From: Deinococcota bacterium
GTDB lineage: Bacteria; Deinococcota; Deinococci; Deinococcales; Thermaceae
Direction of reading: 5' to 3'
DNA: 64,000 bases
NCBI GenBank assembly: GCA_041695225.1
Contig: JBGFRI010000011.1
Span: 1-64,000, forward strand
Below the pieces are notes generated by a model. That model worked only from the letters and a program-made list of their open reading frames with translations, did not search any database and had not been told where the DNA came from. The stretch's first letter is position 1. Each line of letters starts with the position of its first letter. Below, piece after piece: positions 10,609-20,855 of this stretch. The position numbers and the translations under genes are program-made.

Positions 10609-11058
10609 CTACCCTACCTCAAAACTCTCCTTGATGATGGGCTGGGACAGGACCACCGAGGTGCGGGTGCTGCCGTAGAGGCCCATCTGCTGAATAAGTT
10701 CTTGGAGGTGCTCTACCGAAGCGGTCATCACCTTGGCCACAAAGGAAGACTCGCCGGTCACAAAATAGCACTCTCGCACCGCCGTAGTGGCGCGGGCAAA
10801 CTCCAGCATCTGCTGATAGCGGCCCGGCGGAGTGGCCACCTCGATCAAAGCAGTGATGGTATACCCCAGGGTGCCGGGGTCTATCCGTGCGCCGTAGCCT
10901 GTAATAATGCCAGCATCTTCCAGGCGACGCACCCGTTCGGTTACGGCAGGGGTCGAGAGCCCCACCCGTCGGCCCAGCTCGCTGTAGGACAGCCGCCCAT
11001 TGTGTTGGAGCTCTTGCAGAATAGCCAGGTTGGCTTTGTCTAAGAGTTTAGAAGCCAT
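10609..11058 (-). CDS. Lrp/AsnC family regulator (probably controls ald)
   Basis: LQHNGRLSYSELGRRVGLSTPAVTERVRRLE HTH; divergent from ald. Confidence 0.92.
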   Translation of the reverse strand: MASKLLDKANLAILQELQHNGRLSYSELGRRVGLSTPAVTERVRRLEDAGIITGYGARIDPGTLGYTITALIEVATPPGRYQQMLEFARATTAVRECYFVTGESSFVAKVMTASVEHLQELIQQMGLYGSTRTSVVLSQPIIKESFEVG

Positions 11059-11169
11059 AAAGCAATTATGGCTTATGAACTAAAAGTCAGACTGGCCCAA
11101 ACCTTTAATAACTCTCTTCCTTTTGCCAGCTAATCCATCTACCCTGGGGAAAAACAGGAGGTTTGATTT

Positions 11170-12273
11170 ATGGTAATTGGGGTCCCCAAGGAGATCAAGA
11201 CGCTCGAGAACCGCGTAGCCCTCACGCCGGGGGGTGTGACCAGCCTGGTACGGCGGGGGCATAAGCTGCTGGTGCAGCAGGGTGCCGGTCTGGGTTCGGG
11301 CCTGTCCGACGCCGACTATCAGAAGGCAGGGGCCGAGATAGTGAGCGCCCAGGAGGCCTGGGCCGCCGAGCTGGTAGCCAAAGTCAAAGAACCTATCCAG
11401 GAGGAGTACCAGTATCTTCGCAAGGGGTTGATACTGTTCACTTACCTGCACCTGGCGGCCGACGAGCCGCTCACCCGAGCCTTGCTAGCGGGCGGCGCCA
11501 CCGGCATTGCCTACGAAACGGTTCAGCTCGAGGATGGTTCGCTGCCCCTGCTGCTGCCCATGAGCGAGGTAGCCGGCCGCATGGCCCCCCAGGTGGGTGC
11601 TGCGGCGCTAGAGAAGCCCCACGGCGGGCGGGGGGTACTGCTGGGCGGGGTGCCGGGGGTGGCCCCGGCCAGCGTGGTCATCATCGGTGGGGGCATAGTA
11701 GGCACCAACGCCGCCAAGATTGCCCTGGGTATGGGTGCACAGGTCACCATCCTGGATGTGAGCAAGGGGCGGATGCAGTACCTGGACGATGTGTTTGGCG
11801 GGCGGGTGATTACCCTATCCTCCACCGAAGCCAACATCGCAGCCTCTATCCGCCACGCCGACCTGCTCATCGGCGGGGTGCTAGTTCCTGGCGCCAAGGC
11901 CCCCAAGCTGGTCACCCGCGAGATGCTTTCTACCATGAAGGAAGCCTCGGTGATTGTGGATGTGGCAGTAGATCAGGGCGGCTGCGTCGAGACCATCAAG
12001 CCCACCACCCATGCCAACCCCACCTATGTGGTGGACGGAGTGGTGCACTATGGCGTGGCCAACATGCCCGGCGCAGTGCCACGCACTTCTACCTTTGCTC
12101 TTACCAACCAGACCCTCCCCTACTTGCTCAAGCTGGCCGAGAGGGGCCTGGATGCCCTGCAAGACGACCCCGCCTTGATGCTGGGCCTGAACACCCATCA
12201 GGGCAGGCTAACCTGCCTGGGGGTAGCGCAGGCTTTCGGGCTACCCTATACCGAGCCCAGCGCCGCCCTCTGA
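11170..12273 (+). CDS. ald: Alanine dehydrogenase
   Basis: [38 protein letters not shown]. Confidence 0.97.
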   Translation: MVIGVPKEIKTLENRVALTPGGVTSLVRRGHKLLVQQGAGLGSGLSDADYQKAGAEIVSAQEAWAAELVAKVKEPIQEEYQYLRKGLILFTYLHLAADEPLTRALLAGGATGIAYETVQLEDGSLPLLLPMSEVAGRMAPQVGAAALEKPHGGRGVLLGGVPGVAPASVVIIGGGIVGTNAAKIALGMGAQVTILDVSKGRMQYLDDVFGGRVITLSSTEANIAASIRHADLLIGGVLVPGAKAPKLVTREMLSTMKEASVIVDVAVDQGGCVETIKPTTHANPTYVVDGVVHYGVANMPGAVPRTSTFALTNQTLPYLLKLAERGLDALQDDPALMLGLNTHQGRLTCLGVAQAFGLPYTEPSAAL

Positions 12274-12321
12274 AGGTAATTTTACCCATCATCTCCCTGG
12301 TTTGAACCGTACAGTAGATGC

Positions 12322-12999
12322 ATGTTCCGTGGTGGGTGGCTTTTGCTGGGTATGCTGGGAGGCCTGAGTTTTGGCGCTGCTGCGGCATCGGCACCCCCAG
12401 TGCCCTGGCCGGCGGGCGAGCGGCTAACCTTCGCCCTTTCCTGGCAGGGTATCGGGGTGGGAAAGTTCAATCTGACTGCCGAACCCACCGAGGGTGGCTG
12501 GCGTTTTCGGGCCAGACTCGAGACAACCGGGCTGGCCCGGGTTACTGGTATGGGCCTGGAGTGGGATAGCCAGGTGGGCCCCGACTTTTTCACCGACCGC
12601 TTCCAGCAAAACCTAACCGAGCCATTTGGAGGCACCACCCGGCTGGTCTTCGAGCGGCAGAGCAACGGCTCACTGGTGAGGGTTTTACATCCCAATGGCG
12701 AAAAATTTAGCTTCAGCAGCTCAACCAAGAAGGTACTGGACCATCTGTCTTTAATTTACTTTCTGCGCCTTCACCCCGAGGCCCGTCTGGTTACTGCGGT
12801 AGATCATCCCCAGCTTATTCAAGGGAAGCTGGAACCCCTCCGGGCCAGCACCGGACTGGTAGGCTTTCGCTTTGCCCGTGGAGACCTCCTGCTGGAAGCC
12901 TGGTATTACCAGGATGCCCACCGCACCCCAGTCCGGATCATCTTCGGGCGCGACTTCGGACGGCTCGAGGCGACCCTGGTGATGAACAGCAGCCGCTAA
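12322..12999 (+). CDS. Secreted DUF3108-like protein
   Basis: Signal peptide; GERLTF.LSW.GI.VG and D.LSLIYFLR motifs. Confidence 0.65.
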   Translation: MFRGGWLLLGMLGGLSFGAAAASAPPVPWPAGERLTFALSWQGIGVGKFNLTAEPTEGGWRFRARLETTGLARVTGMGLEWDSQVGPDFFTDRFQQNLTEPFGGTTRLVFERQSNGSLVRVLHPNGEKFSFSSSTKKVLDHLSLIYFLRLHPEARLVTAVDHPQLIQGKLEPLRASTGLVGFRFARGDLLLEAWYYQDAHRTPVRIIFGRDFGRLEATLVMNSSR

Positions 13000-13042
13000 A
13001 AGGTCTGGCAAGTTGATTTCTGTACAAGCATACACCCTAACA

Positions 13043-13205
13043 GAATGTCGCAGGTCTCAGGTTGAAAGTAGAAGGTCGACAGTCGAAAGTCGTTAGTCCT
13101 TAGGCCTTAGACCTTTGACCTTAGACATTCTTTAAAAATGTCGCAGGTCTCAGGTCGCAGGTCGCAAGCCTAAGGCTGAAGGCTTTCAGCTTTTAGCTTT
13201 CGGCG
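13043..13205. repeat. Heptamer-built intergenic repeat (copy C)
   Basis: AAAGTCGTTAG...GACCTTTGACCTTAGACATTCTT shared with copies A and F. Confidence 0.75.
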
Positions 13206-13448
13206 CTTGCCTTTCGCCTATGCATGGGGTAGTGAGGATGGTAGCAATCTTGTGAAAAGACCCCTGAGCCGTGGGTTTAACCTAAGCATCGTCACCTCGA
13301 GCCGCGTACTTGCAGTGATATAGGGTTGGATACCAGGTTCTGGTACGTTATAGTTGCGCAATAAGGAACCAGCTCAACCCCCTCCGATGACTCAGATGGC
13401 TCAAAAGGTAGGGTTGGGGGGCAAGCTACCCAAGCATGGAGGGAGACT

Positions 13449-13790
13449 TTGAAAGGCAACATTACTGTGACGGAAAGCGCTCTGGCCGCCATTTTAGGCC
13501 TGGCAGCGCATGAAGTGCCTGGTGTACTGGGAATGAGCCCGGCGGGTATCCGCGAGTCCATCAGCCGCATTCTGGGCAGGAGCGAGGCCAGCGAAGGGGT
13601 GGTGGTCAAACCAGACCCTGCTGCAGCTGGCAAGTTCCAGGCCGACCTGTACGTGGTCGTTGCATTTGGCGCCCGCATCCCAACGGTGGTGGACAGCATT
13701 GGAGAACGGGTACGCTGGGCCGCCAAGAGCCTGGCAGGGGCCGAGCTGTCCAGTGTACGAGTCCACGTGGTGGGGGTTAGCCGTGGTTAG
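13449..13790 (+). CDS. Asp23/Gls24 family protein
   Basis: G.I.V....LA.I.G.AA.EVPGV.GM pattern; directly upstream of DAK2 gene (conserved pair). Confidence 0.88.
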   Translation: MKGNITVTESALAAILGLAAHEVPGVLGMSPAGIRESISRILGRSEASEGVVVKPDPAAAGKFQADLYVVVAFGARIPTVVDSIGERVRWAAKSLAGAELSSVRVHVVGVSRG

Positions 13791-13867
13791 GGGCAAACCG
13801 GCAGGCGAGCAGGGAAAGAGCTGTCTTTGCCCCCTTTCTCACCCCTCGCTCTTCCTGGGGGTGTTTC

Positions 13868-15466
13868 GTGGCTAGCGCCCTGAGTTCGGAGCAACTGGCC
13901 AGCGCCTTCCGCTACGCAACCGACTGGTTTGCAGTCTACGTTGAGGAGGCCAACGCACTCAACGTCTATCCGGTGCCCGATGGCGACACTGGCACCAATA
14001 TGCACCTCACCTTCCAGTCGGTCCGACGGGAACTCGACCTGGCCGACACCAGCAAGATGAGCGAGGTAGCGCGGGCCATCAGCTATGGTTCATTGCTGGG
14101 GGCGCGGGGAAACTCCGGGGTAATAACCTCACAGTTTCTGAAGGGTTTTTCGGACGTAATCAAAAATGTCCGTGAAATTTCGCCGGTGCTGCTGGCTAAG
14201 GCCCTCGAGGAGGGCTCAAAAGCCAGCTACAAGGCGGTGATGAAGCCGGTGGAGGGTACCATGCTGACCGTCTCGAGGGGAATAGCCGAAGGCGCCAGCA
14301 AGGCTGCCCAGCAGCCCTCAGCCAGCATTGAAGAGGTCTTTAGAGGCGCGCTACAGAGCGGTTGGGAGACCTCTGACCGCACCCCCGATCTACTTCCGGT
14401 GCTCAAACAAGCAGGGGTAGTGGATGCAGGGGGGGTGGGTTTGCTGCGCTTCCTGGAGGGGTTGGAGGGCCATCTATTGAGCAAACCCTTACCTGAGCCA
14501 CCCAGGATTGAAAGATACGCCCAGACCGCTTTCGCTGAGGAAGCCTTTGGTTACTGCACGGAGTTTTTGATGGAAGGGGTGGCCGAGCCTATCGAGGTCA
14601 TACGCGAAGCCGTATCGTCATTTGGTGACTCGCTGCTGGTAGTGGGGGCCGAGGGCTATGTCAAGGGGCATATTCATACCAACGACCCCGATGGCTTGCT
14701 GGCCGGTGTGGCCCGTTACGGCAGAATGATTCGCACCAAAGTAGAAGATATGTCGCAGCAGCACACCGAAATTCTGGCTATGGCCGGCGCTGCCGACGAG
14801 CCTCCACCCGCTACCGGACTGGTTGCAGTGGCCAATGGTTGGGGCCTGACCAAGGCTTTCCGTGGTTTTGGCGCCCGCATTGTTGCCGGGGGGCAGACCG
14901 CCAACCCCAGTGTGCAGGATATCCTGGACGCCATTAAGAGCCTGCCTAACCCCGAGGTGATCGTGCTGCCTAACAACGGCAATGTGATCATGTCGGCCCA
15001 ACAAGCCGCCAAACTGGCCGAAGGTAAGACGGTGCATGTGCTGGCTACCCGCACCATGGGCCAGGGGCTGGCTGCAATGGTGGTCTACCAGGCCGATACG
15101 CCCTCGAGCCAGCTACTTCCCGAGATGGAACAGGCCTCCAAACGGGCTGCTACTCTGGAAGTGGCCCGGGCCAGCCGTAGTGTGGAGATTGGGGGGGTCA
15201 GTGTGACCGAGGGCCAGCCCATCGGCCTGCGCGATGACAAGCTGGCCCTGGCTGCCGATACCCCAGAGGATGCCCTTTTCGACATGGTCAGCCTGGCGGC
15301 ACAGGGTAACGGCTACGAGATACTGACCATCTTCCACGGCCCTGCAGTCACCAGAGATACGCTGGACACCCTGGCTTCCCGGATTTCTCAGGCTTATCCC
15401 GACCTGAGTGTCGAGATTCACCCGGGTGGGCCTGACCTTTACGATTACTTAGCGGTACTGGAATAA
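13868..15466 (+). CDS. DAK2-domain fatty acid kinase subunit (FakA-like)
   Basis: NALNVYPVPDGDTGTNM, GARGNSGVI, VVDAGG, GYCTEF, GGQTANPS. Confidence 0.93.
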   Translation: MASALSSEQLASAFRYATDWFAVYVEEANALNVYPVPDGDTGTNMHLTFQSVRRELDLADTSKMSEVARAISYGSLLGARGNSGVITSQFLKGFSDVIKNVREISPVLLAKALEEGSKASYKAVMKPVEGTMLTVSRGIAEGASKAAQQPSASIEEVFRGALQSGWETSDRTPDLLPVLKQAGVVDAGGVGLLRFLEGLEGHLLSKPLPEPPRIERYAQTAFAEEAFGYCTEFLMEGVAEPIEVIREAVSSFGDSLLVVGAEGYVKGHIHTNDPDGLLAGVARYGRMIRTKVEDMSQQHTEILAMAGAADEPPPATGLVAVANGWGLTKAFRGFGARIVAGGQTANPSVQDILDAIKSLPNPEVIVLPNNGNVIMSAQQAAKLAEGKTVHVLATRTMGQGLAAMVVYQADTPSSQLLPEMEQASKRAATLEVARASRSVEIGGVSVTEGQPIGLRDDKLALAADTPEDALFDMVSLAAQGNGYEILTIFHGPAVTRDTLDTLASRISQAYPDLSVEIHPGGPDLYDYLAVLE

Positions 15467-15559
15467 AGCAAGCCCGACGGCGTGTTTCTTGTGAGACTTG
15501 CCTTTGTATGCCCCAAGCGCTGTGTGGGTTAGCTGGTATGGCAGCATTAAGTTGGTGTA

Positions 15560-15628
15560 GTGTCCGGGGTCGGGGTCGAGGGCCAGTTGGGCCTAGCACT
15601 CGACGTTAGACCCTCGACCCTCGACATG
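15560..15628. repeat. Short hairpin-type heptamer repeat (GGGTCGA.../...TAGACCCTCGACCCTCGACAT)
   Basis: Similar units at 16374-16442 and ~20710-20787. Confidence 0.7.
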
Positions 15629-15875
15629 ACATTTGTCTGGTACTATACAAAACCAGCGTATCGGCCCTGGAGGGGTAGCGGGTAAGCAGCATGGCCCTGA
15701 TGAGAAATCTCAAGACACGCTTTATGTTGGACTCATAAATCCATAACCAAGACAAGCCCCTCGCCTGCATGGTAAACCTGAAACCTCCTGGTTTCACCCT
15801 GCTTCCGCTTCAGAAACAGATGAGAGGTGTGACCCCTGTTTCTAAGCGAATCTGAGAACAGCCCCCATAGCCTCG

Positions 15876-16364
15876 GTGGGTATGAGAAGGCTATTCCCCT
15901 TTCGCATAGTCGTGGTGAATTTGTGGCCGGGGAGGTTACCCCCCTTCGTCACACCGAGCCTGATCCTGCTAGTTGCAGTGTTTGGACTGAGCCTGGCTCA
16001 GGCCCCCAGGGTGATGTACCTTACCGCAACAGCCTATACCTCCTCGGTGCGCGAGACCGACAGCACCCCCTACATCACCGCCACCGGAGCGCGCACAAGG
16101 CTTGGCATCATTGCCGTTAGCCGGGATATGCTGCGCGAGCTACCTTACGGCTCGAGGGTTAAGCTGGAAGACCTGGGCACACCCAGAGGCCTGGGCAAAG
16201 GCCGCTTTTACTACCTCTTTAATAACCGGGTTTTCGTGGTAGAGGATACCATGCACCCCCGGATGCAGAGGCGCATTGATGTCTGGTTACCCGATCGCAA
16301 CACCGCCATCCGTTTTGGGGTGCGGAATGTCCGGGTCACCATTATCCAGCGCGGGCGCGGGTAA
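15876..16364 (+). CDS. 3D-domain (MltA-like) cell-wall protein
   Basis: TATAYTS..ETDSTPYITATG, IAVSRD, VEDTMHPR, RIDVW. Confidence 0.88.
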   Translation: MGMRRLFPFRIVVVNLWPGRLPPFVTPSLILLVAVFGLSLAQAPRVMYLTATAYTSSVRETDSTPYITATGARTRLGIIAVSRDMLRELPYGSRVKLEDLGTPRGLGKGRFYYLFNNRVFVVEDTMHPRMQRRIDVWLPDRNTAIRFGVRNVRVTIIQRGRG

Positions 16365-16373
16365 GATGGTGGA

Positions 16374-16442
16374 GTGTCCAGGGTCCAGGGTCGAGGGCCG
16401 GTAGGGGCTGGCGCTCGACACTAGACCCTCGACCCTCGACAT
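16374..16442. repeat. Short hairpin-type heptamer repeat abutting the permease start codon
   Basis: GTGTCCAGGGTCCAGGGTCGAGGG...TAGACCCTCGACCCTCGACAT. Confidence 0.7.
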
Positions 16443-17568
16443 GAACTTTGTCTGGTTCCTGGCCCTGCGCCACCTGCGTTACCGCCGCACCCAGAGCCTT
16501 ATTGCGCTGCTGGGGGTGGCGGTGGGCATTATGGTGCTCACCACCGCCCTCTCGCTTACCAACGGGTTTACCAGGGGGCTGATAGATGCCACCCTCAAGG
16601 CAGTGCCCCACCTTTACCTGCAGAGCCTGGACCCTCAGGACAGTCCGGTTCCGCCCCCACACCCCGAGGTTGTCGGGCAGGCGCCGGTGCTCTTGAGCAA
16701 GGCCCTGCTGACCCGCCGCGCCGAGGCGGGCCGCCCGGCAGGGGCCGACTTTGCTACCCTGATCGGGCTAGGGGAGGGGGGGCAGGCGGTCTACCCCGAG
16801 CTCGACCTTTCCCGGCTCCAGGAAGGCGGCATCGTGCTGGGCAGCGCGCTGGCCCGCAGCCTGGGCGCCTTCACGGGCGACAAACTGTTTCTGGTCTCGA
16901 TCAACCAGAAGCGGATTCAGCTTACGGTGGTCGCTACCTTCCAGACCGGCAACTACCTGCTCGACTCCGGCTTCGCGTTTACCACCCTGGCCGATACCCG
17001 TGAGCTGATGGAGCAGCCTGCTGCGCTCTCGGGTTACCAGATACGCCTGCGCCACCCCGACAGGGCGCCAGAGGTCGGGATGGCCCTGGCGGGCGCCAGC
17101 TACTTTCCCCATACCTGGCAGTCCACCAACCGCACCCTGATCGAACAGCTGGCCCTGCAAAAGCGCGTAATTGGAATTGTGGTCTTTCTGATTGTGGTGG
17201 TGGCGGCGCTGGGCATGGCCAGCGTACTGGTGCTGGCGGTGATCGAAAAAACCCCCGATATCGCGCTCTTGCGGGTGATGGGGGCCAGGGGCACCCAGGT
17301 AGCAGGGGTGTTTGGGCTGGAAGGGCTTATTCTGGGAAGCCTGGGCATCTTGCTGGGCAACCTGCTGGGCTGGGGTCTGTCCAGCTACTTTCACTGGCGT
17401 CCGGTGGAGATTCCTGGCGAGCTCTACTTCCTCACACACCTGCCGGTAGACATTAGAGCCTCAGATTTTCTCTGGGTCTCGGGGTTTAGCCTGCTGGTGG
17501 TGATGCTGGCCTCGCTTCTGCCGTTGTGGCGGGCTTTGAAAATCAAGCCGGGTGAGGTCTTGCGCTGA
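16441..17568 (+). CDS. ABC transporter permease, LolC/E-FtsX type
   Basis: One N-terminal TM, periplasmic domain, EKTPDIALLRVMGA, three C-terminal TMs. Confidence 0.88.
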   Translation: MNFVWFLALRHLRYRRTQSLIALLGVAVGIMVLTTALSLTNGFTRGLIDATLKAVPHLYLQSLDPQDSPVPPPHPEVVGQAPVLLSKALLTRRAEAGRPAGADFATLIGLGEGGQAVYPELDLSRLQEGGIVLGSALARSLGAFTGDKLFLVSINQKRIQLTVVATFQTGNYLLDSGFAFTTLADTRELMEQPAALSGYQIRLRHPDRAPEVGMALAGASYFPHTWQSTNRTLIEQLALQKRVIGIVVFLIVVVAALGMASVLVLAVIEKTPDIALLRVMGARGTQVAGVFGLEGLILGSLGILLGNLLGWGLSSYFHWRPVEIPGELYFLTHLPVDIRASDFLWVSGFSLLVVMLASLLPLWRALKIKPGEVLR

Positions 17569-17571
17569 CCA

Positions 17572-18366
17572 TTACGGCAGCCTCGAGCTACGAACCAGAA
17601 ACCTCCAGCTCACAGGGTATTCCAGGTCGGGATCGGGGTAGGTTTCGAATACCCAGTGCGAAAGCTCGGCTACCGAGGGGCGGAAGACCTCCTCGGGCAC
17701 ATCCCAGCTAAAAGAATAGATGCGCTCCAGCAGCATCTCGAGGCTGGTGCGCGGGCTGCGCAGCTCGGTCCAGTCGGCCACAATCTTGGTCTTGGGCTCG
17801 AGCTGACGGGATTTGAGAGCCTTTTCCACCTCGACCAGCCGGGCCTGGTGACGGCCTCGCAGCAGCTTGTAGCCCAGCCCGGCCAGAATCTCCTGCCACT
17901 TTTGCTGGATACGCCAGTCCTCGCTGTGGTGGTCCGATTGATCCCAGCCCTCAAAAAGAAAGCCGCCCGGGCGCAGCACCCGCAGGCTTTCATGCAGGGC
18001 TTGCTGCCAGTTATCCAGCAGGTGCCACAGATGCACCACTATTACCGCGTGTAAGCTACCGCACTCAAATGGCAGCTCGCGTGCGTCGGCCTCGACCAGC
18101 TGGGCCTTACGGGCCACCCCGGCCACTTTTTGCCGCAAAACCTCGAGCATAGCCGGGTTGTCGTCCAGCGCAATATAGCGGTAGCCTCGAGCGATAATTG
18201 GCACCGAGATGCGGCCGGTGCCCGCCCCGATTTCCAGAAATACCGGATCCCGAAACTGCTTCTCTACCGGCGCCGTGAGCGCGGTAGCAATGCGGCCCGA
18301 TACCTCCGGCGGATGATACCGCGTCCGGTCGTAGGTAAAGGCCACCCGGCTAAAATGAGAAGTCAT
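17572..18366 (-). CDS. Class I SAM-dependent methyltransferase
   Basis: LEIGAGTG motif I; DARELPF; RVLRPGG. Confidence 0.9.
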   Translation of the reverse strand: MTSHFSRVAFTYDRTRYHPPEVSGRIATALTAPVEKQFRDPVFLEIGAGTGRISVPIIARGYRYIALDDNPAMLEVLRQKVAGVARKAQLVEADARELPFECGSLHAVIVVHLWHLLDNWQQALHESLRVLRPGGFLFEGWDQSDHHSEDWRIQQKWQEILAGLGYKLLRGRHQARLVEVEKALKSRQLEPKTKIVADWTELRSPRTSLEMLLERIYSFSWDVPEEVFRPSVAELSHWVFETYPDPDLEYPVSWRFLVRSSRLP

Positions 18367-18434
18367 TCCCGGCTTTTATGATAGCAATGCAGTGCCGAAA
18401 TGCAAATCATGCCAAATTTACACATTCTTCCTCA

Positions 18435-18650
18435 AAGTCGCGGGTCAGAAGTTAGTCGAAGGTTGAAGGTCGCAGGTCAGACGTTGGTCGAGGGTCGAGA
18501 GTCGAGGGTCGCAGGTCAAATGCTATCAGCTATAGGCTATTAGCTATAGGCTAATGGAATCTCGCAGGTCGAGCGTCAAAAGTCGAAAGTCAAAAGTCGA
18601 AAGTCGTTAGACCTTTGACCTTTGACCTTGGACCTTTGACATTCTTCAAA
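18435..18650. repeat. Dispersed heptamer-built element (copy F, inverted relative to A and B)
   Basis: Reverse complement of copy A/B core, ending GACATTCTTCAAA. Confidence 0.85.
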
Positions 18651-18698
18651 GATGATGCTCTACTCACAAAGCCCTTTCCTCACTCGGTATAATCGCAT

Positions 18699-20345
18699 TT
18701 GATGTCGCTGTTGGACGACAAGTTTACCATTCTAGCCGAAGAGCCACTACAGGGCTTTTTGCGCCCCTATCAGGTACAGACACCCGAGGGCCTGAAGGGG
18801 CAGCTGTACTGGTTTGAAGTGCATACGCCCGAAGCACGCACCGCCTTTCATCGTTACAAAAATGCTATCCGGCGCCTTGAGGGCCAGGGCTTTCTGCCCC
18901 AGGGAGTCACGGTATCGGCCAATCCGGGCCGCTACTACGTCTTCTGGCCCGAGCAGCCCAGAGTAGCCCTCAAGACCCGTCGCCTGAAGCCGCTGCTGGA
19001 GGTGCTAAAGCCTTTTGGCTACCAGGAAAGCGACCTGACCGTCATCGAGGAAAATGGGCGAACCCTGGTAGGAAACCTGCGACCACAAACCACCCCCGCC
19101 CCGGCGGGAGTCAGTGAGCCCGGCCCAAACCCCACTCCCCGAACCCCCCCCACCGAGCTACCCCCCTCCCAGCCCCGGGTTTTACCAGAACAGTCGCCCA
19201 AAGCCCAGTTGTTAGCCAAGTCCGGCCAGACCACTCCCACCAGCAAAGGTGTCAGATACCGACCTCCACCGCGCAACTACCGCTGGAACTGGCCAGGCTG
19301 GCTTCCGGGCCTGCTGATGCTGATGCTGGGCAGTGTGGGAATCTGGCAAACTACCACCCAGTACCTGAACCCTCCCGAGCATGTACTGCCCGACCTGGTG
19401 GGCAAAACCCCCCGACAAGCCCTCGAACTGGTACGTGCCTATGGCCTCGAGATAGAGTTTACCGAGGGTAGCAACCCCTCGCTTCCCAGAGATCAGATTC
19501 TGGAGCAAAACCCCGACCCCGGCACCCGGGTCAAGCCCGGGCGCAGCCTGGAGCTGGTAATCAACAAGCCCCGCCTGGGAACCGTTCCCAGCGTGAACGG
19601 GCGCTCCCTCGAGGATGCCCGGCGGGCCCTCGAGGCGGCGGGCTACCGTATCGCCAGCATTACCCGTATCGCCTCCGGCGACACCGCCAATACGGTTTTA
19701 TCCAGCATTCCCCACCAGGGCCAGCCGCTGCGTCCTGGAGAGGGGGTGCGTCTGCTGGTCTCTACCGGCGCCAGCCCCCCGGTGCGCGAAACTCTGCTTC
19801 CCGACCTGACCGGCCTTAGCTACCAGGAGGCGCGCTACATTCTTACGGTGGCCGAGCTTCAGGCCCAGATGGTGCAGGTGGCCTCGGGGGCGCCCGAGGG
19901 AGTGGTGATCGGTCAGGAACCTGGTCCCGGTGTGGTACTCCCCCGCGAAACCGTGGTGCGGGTGCTGGTGGCTGCGCAGCCCGCGGCCGCCATTCCCAGA
20001 GCCTCGCCTTTTGAGCCCCCACGGCTGGCTGCGCCAGCGCCTGAGCCCGCCCCCATCGTCACACCCCCGCTAACCCCAGGGGTCGCCCCCGGCCCTAACC
20101 AGCCAGCCCTGCCCCCCGTTCCCGCCGGGCCACAGGAGCGCCGGGTAAACGTGAGCTACACCCTGCCAGAAAACATTCCCAGCGCCCTGGTGGTCATAAC
20201 CGTGCAGGACGAGGTACTGGTCAATACTGTGTTTGAGGGTCCGGTGCAACAGCCCTGGAGCTTTGGCCAGGAGATCGTGGTGCGCGGAGCTGCCACTTTA
20301 CGCATCGTGGTAAATGGGCAGCAGGTGCTGGAAAGCCCGCTATGA
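18699..20345 (+). CDS. Membrane protein with three PASTA domains
   Basis: Single TM followed by [16 protein letters not shown] and LPDLTGLS repeats. Confidence 0.85.
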   Translation: MMSLLDDKFTILAEEPLQGFLRPYQVQTPEGLKGQLYWFEVHTPEARTAFHRYKNAIRRLEGQGFLPQGVTVSANPGRYYVFWPEQPRVALKTRRLKPLLEVLKPFGYQESDLTVIEENGRTLVGNLRPQTTPAPAGVSEPGPNPTPRTPPTELPPSQPRVLPEQSPKAQLLAKSGQTTPTSKGVRYRPPPRNYRWNWPGWLPGLLMLMLGSVGIWQTTTQYLNPPEHVLPDLVGKTPRQALELVRAYGLEIEFTEGSNPSLPRDQILEQNPDPGTRVKPGRSLELVINKPRLGTVPSVNGRSLEDARRALEAAGYRIASITRIASGDTANTVLSSIPHQGQPLRPGEGVRLLVSTGASPPVRETLLPDLTGLSYQEARYILTVAELQAQMVQVASGAPEGVVIGQEPGPGVVLPRETVVRVLVAAQPAAAIPRASPFEPPRLAAPAPEPAPIVTPPLTPGVAPGPNQPALPPVPAGPQERRVNVSYTLPENIPSALVVITVQDEVLVNTVFEGPVQQPWSFGQEIVVRGAATLRIVVNGQQVLESPL

Positions 20346-20671
20346 AAGGGGCCTGGGCCGAAGCGCTGGCCCGCAAGCATCTGCTGGCCAAAGGGTATGT
20401 TTTGCTGGGGCAGAACAAGCGTACCCCGTTTGGCGAGATAGATCTCTGGATGCAGGATGGCCCCACCTATGTGGCGGTCGAGGTCAAGCAGCGCCGAGAT
20501 GCCGCTTTTGGCACACCCCAGGAAGCCCTCACCCCCGGAAAGTACCGGCGCATCTACAAGTCGGCGCTATATCTGCTGGGCCGGGACGATCAAGCCGTGC
20601 GGCTCGAGGCCATCCTGGTGTTTGGTACCCCCGAGCAGTTCCGTTTAGAGCACCTGTTTTTGCAGCCATGA
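20342..20671 (+). CDS. YraN family protein
   Basis: G..AE..A...L...GY..L..N.R...GEIDL...VEVK. Confidence 0.88.
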   Translation: MKGAWAEALARKHLLAKGYVLLGQNKRTPFGEIDLWMQDGPTYVAVEVKQRRDAAFGTPQEALTPGKYRRIYKSALYLLGRDDQAVRLEAILVFGTPEQFRLEHLFLQP

Positions 20672-20855
20672 GCGCTTAGTGGCGGGCTGGAAGGTCGGAG
20701 GCCACACGATGGTCTAAGGTCGAAGGTCAAAGGTCTAAAGCTTGGAGCAGCAATCTACGACTACCTTCGAGTCTAGACCCTCGACATCAGACCATTTTTC
20801 ATACCGAAATCTGTTGCCACATTGCTTGAACCCGGATCGGCTATCCTGGAAGGCA

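Noticed and set aside
20742..20855. N-terminal extension of the UbiD-family ORF
   Set aside because: Overlaps repeat DNA; family similarity starts at MYKNLQ
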